Positions 1-12,862 of a stretch of DNA of 64,000 bases are shown here, in pieces. Both the position numbers and the translations under genes were made by a program. The notes under the pieces were generated by a model. It was given only the letters and a program-made list of their open reading frames with translations, made no database searches and had not been told where the DNA came from. How positions within the stretch are numbered: position 1 is the first letter of the stretch; the number at the start of each line of letters is the position of its first letter. The DNA is taken from positions 99,014,001-99,078,000 of the forward strand of contig OX597816.1 in NCBI GenBank assembly GCA_951406725.2, written 5' to 3'. The DNA comes from Octopus vulgaris. Its lineage: Eukaryota.

Positions 1-449
1 AATAGAGTTCTTTTGCTCCAAATACAGATGTCCTTGCATCTGCAAGCATCACCTCAATAAAGCTATGATTTTGAGAAACCAAACACGGTGTGGCCATATT
101 GTTCGAATGGTGGATGAACGCACGCCCAAACAGCTGTTTTATGGTGAGCTTGCAGAGGGGAGACGCTATCGGCGTAAACCCCCAAAAAAGGTTTAAGGGC
201 GGCATAAAGACTGCTGCGAAGTCACTTGGAATGGATCTAGAGGACATAGAAACACTTGCTTCGGTTCGAGCTGGAGGGAAAATAAAACTGTGGAGTGGTG
301 TGAAAGAAGTTGAAGAGACCAGGATAACGCATGCAAGACTCGAGAGAGATTTAAGGAAGATGCCAGGAGGTTGGCAAATCGGATGTGCAATTTATGTGGG
401 TGTCTTTTCAAATCATTGTCTGGTTTTTAAAAACCACATCAGGTTCTAA
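1..449 (+). mobile_element. RTE-clade LINE, 3' fragment (frameshifted, runs off the window start)
   Basis: Frames read RCGHIVRMVDERTPKQLFYGELAEGRR then, after a frameshift, RFKGGIKTAAKSLGMD. This is the typical RTE post-RT motif W.GHV.RM...R.PK...YGEL. Confidence 0.8.
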
Positions 450-499
450 GGTATAGGTACAGGTGGTGGTCAAACTCAGAATAAGGAGTAGACAACTAC

Positions 500-777
<278 letters not shown>

Positions 778-1151
778 TAATCGCTAGGCAATAAGAATAA
801 AACCAGAAGACTGTGACTATTTTATCGTTATTAGTCGCCATAATCATGTAAGAAATACTTTAAAGAATTTTCTTAGATATGAGTGACCATATTGTTTTAA
901 TGATAATTAATACCATATTGATGTCTGACCTACAACATTGTAATTCCTGCTTCATCTTCATTTTACATTATCGCATATGCTTCATTAGACATGAAAAATT
1001 TCGTCACTATAGAATGTTGTTATCAGTAATTGGCTATTGAATTTATTTCAGAACAGGGACATTGTATGATTTATGATCACACGGTTTATTTTCTTGAGTC
1101 TATCGTGCCTTATACAAAAATATGAGTGGATTTTGGTAAACGCTGACTAAC

Positions 1152-1228
1152 CACTTTATATCTATTGAGATTGGTGTAAGCATCTACAAACAAAATTCGC
1201 CTTAATCTGAAAATGCCATAACTCCCCA
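1152..1228 (-). CDS. Exon E of the same gene (tentative)
   Basis: Acceptor ttttgcag|TG, donor GTG|gttagt, 77 nt, phase 1-0, reads LGSYGIFRLRRILFVDAYTNLNRYKV, phase-compatible with exon D. Confidence 0.45.
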
Positions 1229-1654
1229 CTGCAAAATCTCTATTAATATAGAAATCAAGTTTCAAATAATATATGATATCCTAGTGTGAAAATAGTCATT
1301 ACTCGATATACAATCATATGATACTCTACGAGTAAATGTAGTTGATTGATCTGATAGAAATAGCAGTTCAATCTTTGTTAAATCACATGCTATGTTATTA
1401 AAATTGAATGCAATAAATAATACTGTCTATTGTGTACCCTACCCAATAGAGAAGATGGTATGATCATGTATGTGATCTATTAATTCATAAGTCTACGCGC
1501 TTATGTAATCTGGACCAAGAAACAGCAATTCTTAGAGCATACAATTTAAAATTTAATATTTCTTCATCACCGTATGATTTTCAAAGATTCATGGTTTATA
1601 CACTCTAAAACTATAACCGTTAATTAAGGTAAGTGCAAACTTAATATAATATAC

Positions 1655-1854
1655 ATTCATTATTTTGACAAGTGCTGTCTTTCTCTTTTGAATCAAGATG
1701 AAATATGTTACTATAACTCATTGTTGCGAAAAATATTTTCACGTATTTTGTAGTATACGCAATGATATATTTAAGTGTTTCAGTCATCTTCGACTTGGTT
1801 ATAGAATATGTATATTTATCGTATAAATACACGTGATAATCTCCGAAACGTTTT
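1655..1854 (-). CDS. Exon D of the same gene
   Basis: Acceptor tgtag|A matches phase 2. Open frame RKRFGDYHVYLYDKYTYSITKSK...CQNNE. The donor gtatat is weak (phase 1); alternatively the frame reads on to the TAA at 1641. Confidence 0.6.
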
Positions 1855-2731
1855 CTACATACATGTTTCTAGTTAAATTTCGAAGGAAATACATTTTACG
1901 AAACGTTCGTGTATATTGTCCATACAAGACATTTTAAGAACTAATTACTCGAAAATAAAACAACCAATGTAATCAGGGTTGGGAGATGGAATATAGTGAG
2001 TAATTCATATATATATGTTTGAGTCTTTAGAAGGCATTTTCTTACATTCAAGAATAGTAAGACAAATTGCATGTGGCATGTCACGGCATAAAAAATATCT
2101 TCTGTTGCAACTTTAGTTCACACGTTCTGGTGCTGACACATTAGTACATGTTACTTTACTGATATGACACCTCAAAACTGTCTCAGTTTTCTCACTGCTG
2201 CAATGTTCAAAAATGAAAATATGCAAATACGAAACTCAAGTTCACAAGTATCGCCAATGTAAAAATCCTGTATGCAATGAACTTAATCTATGTTGAATAT
2301 AAACAAACTACTTCACCTAAGGAATTGAACTTATGTTTTCAAAATAGATTATAAGATATAACAAAACTAACTTAATCAACAACCATCGTTATAGCTTTAA
2401 ATGTTACATTCAAATTTCCATATTCAAAATATATCTCATGCGAGTTTGTGCCAACAAATGCTTGCTGTATGGGTAAAAGTCAAGATATGGGATTGCTTAA
2501 TAACAATAGAATCCTATGCTTGAAAACAACATAAAATCATGAATTCGGCAAATTCATTACGTTTTGTGTGATTTTGACACTGATTAGATTTTAAGTAGCA
2601 ATAAATTACCACGAAAACAAAATAATACTACGCATTGCTTTTACTTATATTTGAATAATATTTACAAGGTATATATGTTAAGAGATGTCAAAACCAATGA
2701 ACGACTCAAGAAGATACTCAAAGCTACTTAC

Positions 2732-2859
2732 CTTAGTGTAAGCGCTTGGCAACTAAATTGTAGCGTTTTAGATATTATTTTGAAATGTATATGAACATAT
2801 ATATCCACATAAATTGCATATGAGCATAAAATTTGTGATGGATAAAATTTCTCACTATG
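2732..2859 (-). CDS. Exon C of the same gene
   Basis: Acceptor tctctacttcag|CAT, donor CTAAG|gtaagt, 128 nt, phase 0-2, open frame HSEKFYPSQILCSYAIY...FKIISKTLQFSCQALTL. An alternative in-frame acceptor exists at 2913. Confidence 0.7.
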
Positions 2860-3054
2860 CTGAAGTAGAGATAAATGAATTAAAAATAGTATACTGTCCA
2901 TCAATGAAACCAGCTGTATAGTTTATGAAGAAATATGACGCCATTCTAGAAAACTTACAAATTGATATTATTTCCTCAGTTAGTTCTATGTTCTCCAAAG
3001 CTGATGGTATTTTTACACACATACATTTCCGTAGTGTGTCTCGAACCCACTCAC

Positions 3055-3191
3055 CTGACCATATTTACTGATCATATTTAAATAAATAGTACTTATAATA
3101 TGTGAAACACGCAGCAAGTAACAGCTGGTGCTAATGCACTGAAACCATTGTAGTGAATTAGATACAAGCCTGTTCGTTCCATCTTCTCCTA
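3055..3191 (-). CDS. Exon B of the same gene
   Basis: Acceptor ttacag|TA, donor GGTCAG|gtgagt, 137 nt, phase 1-0. It continues exon A in frame (LGEDGTNRLVSNSLQWFQ...SKYGQ). Confidence 0.7.
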
Positions 3192-3287
3192 CTGTAATAT
3201 TATATATATATATATACACTTATATATGTAACGTATCGAATTTAATTAGTAAAGAAGATGAGTATCAATACTATAGAATATACTCAC

Positions 3288-3497
3288 ACACTACAAAGTT
3301 TCGTTCATCAATACACACTATAGCTATTGCAAATTGAGTGTTAATGTTTGCTCTGTATATGCCTTTTATATGGACGATATCATGGCCATTCGTTAAAAAT
3401 GGTAAATTATCATCTAAAGCGAAAAATGTAGGTTTAGCTATTATTAATATATGGCTATTTGATTCCGTTGAGCAATCAATGGTGAAAATTCTTCCCA
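3288..3497 (-). CDS. Exon A of a minus-strand spliced gene (possible IgGFc-binding-domain protein)
   Basis: Acceptor atcgcag|TG, donor GTGT|gtgagt, 210 nt, phase 1-1, open frame GRIFTIDC...NTQFAIAIVCIDERNFVV. Confidence 0.7.
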
Positions 3498-3887
3498 CTG
3501 CGATATAAATAGCATTGAATATACGTGAGATTATTTAGTTTATGCTTTTTATATACATTAATCATCTATAACTAATGGAAAATTACTGAAGATTCACTGG
3601 GGAAAAAATTAGAAATATTTGTATATTATTGTATTAGATCTGAAATATTACGTTGAAACATGTTTATGTAAATCGAATTTAAATTCATATTGCATTCTGT
3701 AGAAAAAGCAATTCATGGATCTAGGAAATAAATTAGAAAATTATCCACAACGAAGAGAAGAGTGTTTTAAAGCGCTCGCTTCATAAACCGAAAACTTTCC
3801 GTGTAATTTTCAAGCAGAAAAGAGAAAACATTTGCAGAAAATTGAAAATTATCACCTCACAATCAAACATATACGCATATTGACCTC

Positions 3888-3956
<69 letters not shown>

Positions 3957-4121
3957 ATCTATCTATTTATCTATATCTATGCATCTTACTTTCTCTCTTT
4001 CTCACCTTCCTCTTTCCTTCTCTCACTTTCCTAACACATATGCGCGCCAACACATACACACACACAAATAGACCAAGGTGTACGTATACTTTATATATAT
4101 ATATATTATATATATATATAT

Positions 4122-4185
<64 letters not shown>

Positions 4186-4847
4186 GAGCATTTAAAAGCA
4201 ATAAAAGCAATCCAACTCACTATTTCAATAAATTTGTGGCCAACTAATTTTGCATCATGAAAAATTTTTAATTTAGTCTCAATAAAGGTGTATAACACTG
4301 CATAAGCTCCTGTTTAGATATACCATTTGAACTGTAATGTAAAAACACGAAAAGGAACTTAAATCGTGGGAACATTAAGAGTATATATGTAAAACAACAT
4401 GTATTTTTGATGATGTATGTAGGCATTTCTATGCTTGTGCTTATATGTGTATGTATTCATATTCTAAATCATAAGGCGGTCGAGGTTTGACCTCGTGTTT
4501 CCATCTCTAGCAGCAGACTGCTTCAAGTTTTTACACTTATACACTTTATATATCCAGGCTCCTACATTTCATTACATATAAATGTATAAATGATACCATG
4601 GCTTCAGATGTCAAAGAAACAAACAACAGGTAAAAATCATATATAAAAAATTATAAAATACACAGGACCTGCCCAGAAAACGTATATAAAATTATTCTGC
4701 AAAAAAGATGATTACAGTAAGTCAACTAAGAATTTAAAGAAAAAAGTATATAAAGTAAATTTATACCCAACTATGAACATTATATATAAAATGCAAAAGC
4801 CAATATAGTCGTAGACCATGATAATTGCAGGAGCATGATATGAACCC

Positions 4848-5040
4848 AATCAGGTAACTAATCCACATCTTCACGAATCATTACAAAAGATAATTCAACA
4901 TCCTATATCTATGGCCGTTTCGCGAGTTCATTGCCGTTGATGAACTCCTGAAATGGTCATAGAAACTGGATGTTAAATTACTTTTTGGAATCATTCGCGA
5001 AGAGATGGATTCGCGAATATGTCGATTAGTTACTTGAATT
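4848..5040. repeat. Imperfect fold-back element with degenerate minimal hammerhead-like cores
   Basis: The left arm (aatcaggtaactaatccacatcttcacgaatc...gagttcat) is the approximate reverse complement of the right arm (atgaactc...gattagttacttgaatt) around a short loop near 4935. Confidence 0.8.
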
Positions 5041-5764
5041 TAATGTTTGTTCTTAAATTATATTATTATGTGCCTTTGGCTCAATATCATTTGAGCTCTT
5101 CTCTCCTGCAGTCCTATATATATTCGTCTTTTTTATCTCTCCCCCTCTCCTACATTTCTCTGCCTTTCTCACTTTGCACTTCACTTTGATCTGTCTCTTT
5201 CTCGCTCTCTCTCTTCTCCTCATCCTTGGTTCCTTCTTCCCCTCTTGTCTCTCTCTTCTCTCCCTCCTTAATTCCTCTGTCCCTCTTTTCCTTTCTCTTC
5301 TCCTCACACGTGACTGACTGACCGACTGCCGGCCTTCGTGTTTGGCAGTCGTCGCGGCAAGACACATCTTTTCTCCCTGTCCTAAGGCATTTTTCTAACA
5401 CGCCAGCTCAATGTTTACTCATCCTGTCGAAAGACGCATGTTTGTGAGTCCTGTTTTTGTTATTATTATTATCATTATCGTTTTTACGTATTTTTGTATT
5501 CATATTCGTGTAACATCGTCCATTTTTCCGTCTTTGTTTTGTATGCATTCGAGGCTTTCTTCCAAGGAATCTAATGCGCTTAGATTAGATTTTTCTTGGG
5601 GCTGGCCAGATCGGAGCAATCTCAAAATTAATCAGCTGAAATTGCGAGGATGATCCGGTTCTTGACTGAAGGTTGATGGCTTCGAATGTCCCGTCCGTGT
5701 TTTTTGTATCGTCTTCTAAATGTTTTGCGTTCTTGTCCCAGTTTGTATTTTTTACATACATATA

Positions 5765-5797
<33 letters not shown>

Positions 5798-5820
5798 ACA
5801 TCCATCCATACATACATACA

Positions 5821-8620
5821 TCAGTGGCGTCAAATGCAGTCACAGACACGTTGACATAGAGGACCATACATTCTCCTGCATAGTGAATACTGTCCCCTAT
5901 TAACTTTTACCTGGTAAAAAATTGTTAAATTTGTTGAGTAAATGCAATGAAACAATCTTCTTTTGAAAGGTTCGTAGTAGTAAATAGTGAAGTACATACC
6001 ACACTTACATATCATGGCAACGAAAGAACCTGGATTCATGTATTACATTTCTCAAAACAATCGAAAAATATTCCAGTGAACATTCGAACTGAACGAAGAC
6101 CTATACCAGTTCTACGAAAAGAATGAGAAAGATTCCACCATAAGCTACATGAAGAAACTTAAAGAATATTGGGATAAGTACCCAACATTTTCAAAATTTT
6201 CAGATGAACTATAACGCCATTGAACTGCATTTTGTGAAAAGCAATTTGCCATTCTTCTAATTAAAATCATTCAGCCGGAATGATAGTTGTCTTATTAACA
6301 ATACAGTAAACTTTGTCCACGAAGAAACTGTGAACGATGAGAATCATGACTGCGATGAACACAGCAATAACCAACCACCACCACACAGCCGTGTGGTAAC
6401 CACTTATAATCCCACAAAAACGAATAAAGCATGTAAGATACTAAAGACAGAGCTTGCATCGAAATTCGAGTCGGAACTTCACTACTTATATACATAAGGA
6501 ACTACATGAAAAAACGATACCAGCATGAGGAGAGGACCCAACGGCCTGAGGAAAATGCAAGAGAACAATTAGCTCAAATTAAAGCCTCCAACCTTAGGAC
6601 AATAACTATTCTGTGATTTTGTGCCCCAATAACTGTGTACCAGGAAGTGAGAGTAAAAGGGACCGATCCAAAATAGTTCTCGCCCACCAAAATAACATCA
6701 CCTAAAGAAGAATGTTGAACAGTTGGATACTATCAGCCCTGGTAACAAAATGCAAAGGCTACATTAATTCACAGGGAAAGTTTGCGAAGCGGTGATAAGA
6801 AAAACACGGTGAATGGCTTGTTTACAAGTCCGAACGTGCTCTTAGCATATTCGAACTGGTATTAACATTCGAATAAAATTAATTTCACCCACATATTTTT
6901 TGATGATGACCTAAAGACGTATTCCGATAACAGGATCAACATCAAGAGACAATGAGAACTAGTCACAACATTCTCACGGAACATAGGAGTGGAGTTTGGG
7001 CAAGTTAAATGGTTTATCCATCTCCCTAATCTCTTATGATGAAAACTACAACTATCTTGTTATCGATGAGAATTTTTTATGTGTCGGTGCTATGACTAAA
7101 GCCAGAATAACAAAAGGATACTTCTGTAGACTCCGATAAATATAGGAATTAGGGATCTCTGCATTTAACAAGACAATATCTCACAATGCTTTTGCAGTGC
7201 CAGCACCAGTACGAACAATTGGGATTCTGGACTGGACTCTTGATGACATTCGTAGCCTGGGCATCAAAACTAGAAAAGTACTGACCACTACTGGCAACTT
7301 CCACATTAACGGTGACAGACAGGGTCTATGATAGATGAGGTGATGGCGGTAGAGGCGTAAGTCATTCCAGAAAGCATTCGAAAATCGCAGTATATAACTT
7401 AGATAACACGTATTGAACAGTAAAGAAAGAAATTAGTACATGCTACAGATACGCAACAATAAGAACAACACCATCAGAGTTGGAGAAGAATTGTGTAGAT
7501 ACTTGAGATAACAAATGTCTCATGTAACCCAAATGAGGCTGGAATGGCCCACCTAAGCAGACTCTTAGAGGAGAAGCAGGCATCATACCAGCAAAAACAA
7601 TGTGTAGGTATATGTCCCGTAAGCTAGAGGATAGCAACAGCATTTACAGGAAGAGTAGCCACTCCTGGTCCTGTTGTAGATGCATTACACCCTACGTAGA
7701 AAGATATGCCTTCACTATTCAGGAACAGAGGATATCTACTAAATACCTGATAAACAAAGGAGACAAAGAAACCACAAAACCTGTACGTTGTTGTGATAGA
7801 AAATGTAGGCTCTGTTATACCAGTGTAAAGGAAATCACCTACAACATCAGCAGCTGGCTTTAAAATGTCTACAAGATACTACCAACCCATACCCACGAGG
7901 CATTATATAGTTGCAAAAACTACTTACAATCTATCTCCAGGAAGGGTTGCCCTGACACATGCATCGAAGATGTATGAGAACCACAGGAATTCAGACCTTT
8001 AAAATGAAGAAATACTGGTGCAACACTCCTCTACAAATTCGGTGCAAATATAACATACCTGATGTTCTTCTGTGGACAAGGAACAAAAGTCATGCACTGC
8101 TGTATGACTTATATGACATCTGCCCAACAGATGTGTATCATCAAAAGTCCAGGAAAAGGAGAACATTTACGGTGAATTAATGCGGAATTTACAGCTCTTG
8201 TACTCTAATAATAAATTCTCATTTGTATCTATCATCATGGGTGCATTAAGATATATACCAACAAATTTACACAAAAACCTAAAAATACCACGTGTTTTCG
8301 AAGAAACGGTAAAAGAAATTGACGTGGATTCTTTAAATTCAATCTATTATGCGCACTGTGCATTACGGTAATTCGCCATCTAAGATTTTTTGGGGGAATA
8401 GGTGTACACACCTGAGTGTGTGTATCGACAATTCAACCAACACACCAACTCAACCACATATTTACAAACACCAGTCACTCCCTTAACTCAAATAGTCTTG
8501 TCGCTTTGATAGACACCAGTTTGAACTCTGTTCAGAAGAACTTAAATAAAACACGAAGAAAACATACATAGCCTGATTGAACGGGCTTCTGATTACAGCG
8601 TTCAAACCATTACAATCCTT
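5821..8620 (+). mobile_element. Decayed R4/Dong-type (restriction-like endonuclease) non-LTR retrotransposon
   Basis: Motifs in order: THIFFDDDLK (RT), WTLDDIRSLGIKTRK, IQEQRISTKYL, CRLC zinc finger, IPDVLLW (PD..D endonuclease), QLLY..FVSIIMGAL. Many stops and frameshifts. It starts after a (CATA)n tract. Boundaries are approximate. Confidence 0.75.
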
Positions 8621-10060
8621 GTACTCGTTTACATGAAGTAATACGCTTGTATTCAGTTTGACATTATCTAATGCGAACCTCCCTTTATAAGACAACCTTT
8701 AGCTATTTCTAACAGATTAGGCAGGCGTTTCAAGTAGCTCACGTGAGTTACCTTCACTTCACAAAGATATTTCCTTTCAATACTTGGATTTCCTAAAATA
8801 TTTGCATAAGGTGTCTTCTTGTATCTGTTATATACTTTACTCTACACATTGGTTATTTCATAACCGTGTAGAAATTTTAAAATCTGCTAAGATTTTCTCA
8901 AGATATATAGATGTTCCAAGCTATATGAATTGTTATTTTCCTTTTGCTGAGAATACGAGAAGGTCAATGAAATGTAAGAATTCCTTATTTGGAAGTACGC
9001 TGCTGATTTGGAACATTTAATTTACTCTCCGTACATGCATCTCTAATACCTAAAATGTAGAAAGACCCGTCCTATTGTCATCTAATAATTATCAGCAAAC
9101 ACAAGCCTGATCGGCAGCGCTATTGGCCATAGTCTTTGAAAATCCAGTGTGAAAATTCGATATGGTTTGGTTAGATATTTTTGATCACATCAAAATTCTA
9201 TTTTACGTAAATTCCCTTCAAGATTTAATCAAATCATTCAATATTATCGTTTCCTTCGTTAAGATATGTGAGCATATTTGTTCTCAATTATCTAAATTGT
9301 AAGAAATATAAGGCTCTTTTAAACTACAGAAATTTTCTATGTAAATAATTTTCCCTTGCAGCTTGAGGTATTTCTGCTTAGAGGGGAAATTTATATATGA
9401 ATTGATTGAATTATTTCCACTTATATATTTACTGCCCTTTGCAAAAGCGATAACCCAATGGCACTTGCGATCAACTTATATGGAATACCAGGAAAGATAT
9501 GCTAGTATCTATAGATTTACACTTATTACGATTTATCAGCGACGCTCAAGAACTTCAGGAAGAAAATTGAAATTGACATTACAGATAGAAAAGGAGTCAG
9601 TGGTGTTACTGACGGTCATTTGCAATTGCACATAAGAGATATTGTATTAGAACATAACAATAACCAAGCTAATTTCATCCTGAACTTAATCATTCAGATC
9701 GAATCTTTTAGATTTAATGAAATTTTACCAGATTTTGAAATTAAAAATTAAAGTACGCCCCTGAGAATTTCGAAGTGTTAAAGTTTTCTAATTTCATAAC
9801 TCACAAATATGATATTTACGTTCTAGTGTTTCTAATAATTCAAATTTAATCGACTTAATTCATGCATTCATTCGTTCATCTGCTCAATATTTCCGAAAAA
9901 GCAGCATCAGTTCTAACTCACTGCAATACCTGCTGGACATTTTAGTACGCATAATCTACAAATAACGAAAGGATTATCCAAACATTATCACCTTTAGAAG
10001 AGAAAAATTAAGAAGTAGTATTTACTTCAATAATACAAGGATATCTTAGAAGAAGAGTTA

Positions 10061-10337
<277 letters not shown>

Positions 10338-10849
10338 AGGGCAGGGGATTGACAGGGAAAAAACAAGTTAGGTACTGAGATCGAATCCAACCGATGTTCA
10401 ATTTACCGTTCATCCTACCGGGATTAAGAACATACTGTACCAGTTAATTTACCAGTAAATCGAGGATGTTATAGGACAATACAATACAATACAATGTGGA
10501 GGTTACTTGAAAGCATCTAAACCAGTGGTTCAACTTTTTCGGACTGCCATCTTCTTGGCATCTACGCCGCATTCCTAGCGCCCTCCCACTCACTACCACT
10601 ACAAATATAGACCACTTTCTGTAGCTAATTCAAAATACCTGTATTTGACAAATAAAACTACACTTGATTTACCCATAATCTTTTTGTTTTTACGTTTATC
10701 GTCTCCTTTTGAACAACTCATTATCACCCCAATTTTCTTAAATCCCCCACCCCGGATCCTTCCACCGCCCTCAGAGAGCAATACCACCTACTTAATGAAA
10801 TACTGATCTAAGGCAGTAAAATTACAAATAAGAAGTTAAAAGATACTAT

Positions 10850-11510
10850 TCCCCTCATATGTGGAACTTTCCGAGGGCTGCCCGTGAAAAAGACACAAAT
10901 CACGACCACAATCGCCCCTAGTACAACTTACCTGTCGCCATGCACCTTCTTCAGCATACAAGCGCACGCTCACAACTGGAATGTCCACTCAGACCACCTT
11001 TGCCAGTCTTGTCCAGTTTTCAACAAATTTGCTTGATGGCAGTACGTCCCTCTCCACCTTCAGTTACTTTTTCATGAGAAACTTGAGAATGGTGATGGGT
11101 TCCCGACCAAAGAGGAAGTTGCCTGACTTCAGCATTCTCAATCTGATCCACCAAACAGGCTTTCTTGCTAAGGCCACCATAGAGATAGAAAAATGCCCGT
11201 AGTTTTCGAGCAAAAGAAAGCGGCAGGACTATCTATAAATTTCTGGAAAATATCCATGGGATCAGACTAGATAATTCTCCTGATACTTTCGCCAGCACTA
11301 ACGCTCTCCACGAGAGAGTCGTCACTCTTGCTTGCCTTTCATTCTCTTTAGAACACCAAAGTGGGACTTCCATGAGCGCTTGACAATACTCGTATGCTAG
11401 CCAGCATATTTTTATCTATATTTCATAGTACAGCAGCTCTGTCAGAGACGAGATGTGAAAATGCGAGTTTGAGAAACGACGATGACAGATGCTATCATCA
11501 GCTTGGGCAT
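10850..11510 (-). mobile_element. L1/Tx1-type LINE, 3' fragment
   Basis: Minus frame reads MVALARKPVWWIRLRMLK...LKVERDVLPSSKFVENWTRLA, resembling the Tx1 ORF2 C-terminus. Decayed. Confidence 0.55.
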
Positions 11511-11618
11511 GTCTAGTCTCCCACTCTACGTGTGTTGACAACAAGCGTGACGCCAGACCAATGGAACGCGTTCCTTAATTTACGACCATCATTCTTATAC
11601 ACATATACACACACTCTT

Positions 11619-11663
<45 letters not shown>

Positions 11664-11734
11664 TCATACACACACATATAGATAATTTGACAGATGGATA
11701 AATAGATAGAACATGTAAGATAGGGATACAACTT

Positions 11735-11935
11735 TGGGTTTCAAGTTAATATTGGTTTCAAATGTTGGCACTAGACCAGAAATTACATCGACTCCATTAC
11801 TCAACTAGCACTTAGTTTTTCCGATCCTGAAAGGATGAAAGACAAAGTGGACCTGGGCGGAATTTGAACTCAGAACGTAAAGACCGACGAAATGCTGCCA
11901 AGCATTGTGTCTGGCGTATTGTTCCAGGCCGCAAT
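11735..11935 (-). mobile_element. tRNA-derived SINE (family 1)
   Basis: Contains gaaaggatgaaagacaaagtggacctgggcggaatttgaactcagaac. A B-box-like gagttcaaattcc lies on the minus strand, and the sequence is shared with the other family-1 copies. Confidence 0.8.
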
Positions 11936-11954
11936 GCGAGTTTTCCCGTTGATA

Positions 11955-12170
11955 TTGTTTTCAAATTTTAGTTCAAAGCCAGCAATCTCAGGGAGCGGAA
12001 AGTCGACTACATAAACCCCAGTGTCTAACTGGTACTTATTTTATCAACCACCGATATGATAAAAGGCAAAGTCGACCTCAGCGGAATGTGAACTCAGAAC
12101 ATGAAAACTGAGTAAATGCCACTATGCATTTTGCCCGGCGTGCTATCGATTTTGTTCGCACGCCACCTTC
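11955..12170 (-). mobile_element. tRNA-derived SINE (family 1), adjacent second copy
   Basis: Same family: aactggtacttattttatc...ggcaaagtcgacctcagcggaatgtgaactcagaac. Confidence 0.8.
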
Positions 12171-12659
12171 AAGGATTCACGTTAATATTGCTTGATATAT
12201 GCTATACTGCACATGAGTGTAAAGTGAGATAATTTTGGCTCACACTGTAGCAAATGTAAAGAATTTCCATTTATAATGCCCTGGTAAAGAAAATGGAGAA
12301 ATCAACCAAATTGTATAAATTCTAACATTCTCGGGTCATCACAACGAGTAGCATTCTTAATTGTCAACAACAACATAGTGATAGCACCTCTTTTAGTAAC
12401 TGCTTCAGTAAGTCAGATGAACTGATCTGCAGCAATTAAATTTTTCTATCCGTTTAGGTACACTTCAAGTACACTATCTGTGTTTACTTATGATGCTATG
12501 ATGTCCAATAGAATAATTTTATAGATATCCAGCTAACATAAACTAAGTAGATAAATATCAACGACTTGTTTTTTTTTTTTATACAACTCGTTTCTTTCCA
12601 CGATATATTCAATGAAAGTTTGGTTTATTTGCAGCTGTCTACAATGTTACAATGTTATA

Positions 12660-12693
<34 letters not shown>

Positions 12694-12729
12694 ATATATA
12701 TGTATATATGTATGTATGTATGTATGTAT

Positions 12730-12796
12730 GTTAAACTAATACATATGTTTGTTGCTTACACACCCGTCTTCGTTTCTTGTTTTTTTTGTAAATTCT

Positions 12797-12862
<66 letters not shown>

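Noticed and set aside
2959-3000. 42-nt mini-exon between exons B and C
   Set aside because: It has AG/GT borders but a stop in the required phase 0, and the upstream intron would be only 54 nt.
5130-5760. CT-rich repeat-like segment, possibly a Penelope UTR or pseudo-LTR
   Set aside because: No diagnostic motif and no second copy in the window to support a call.
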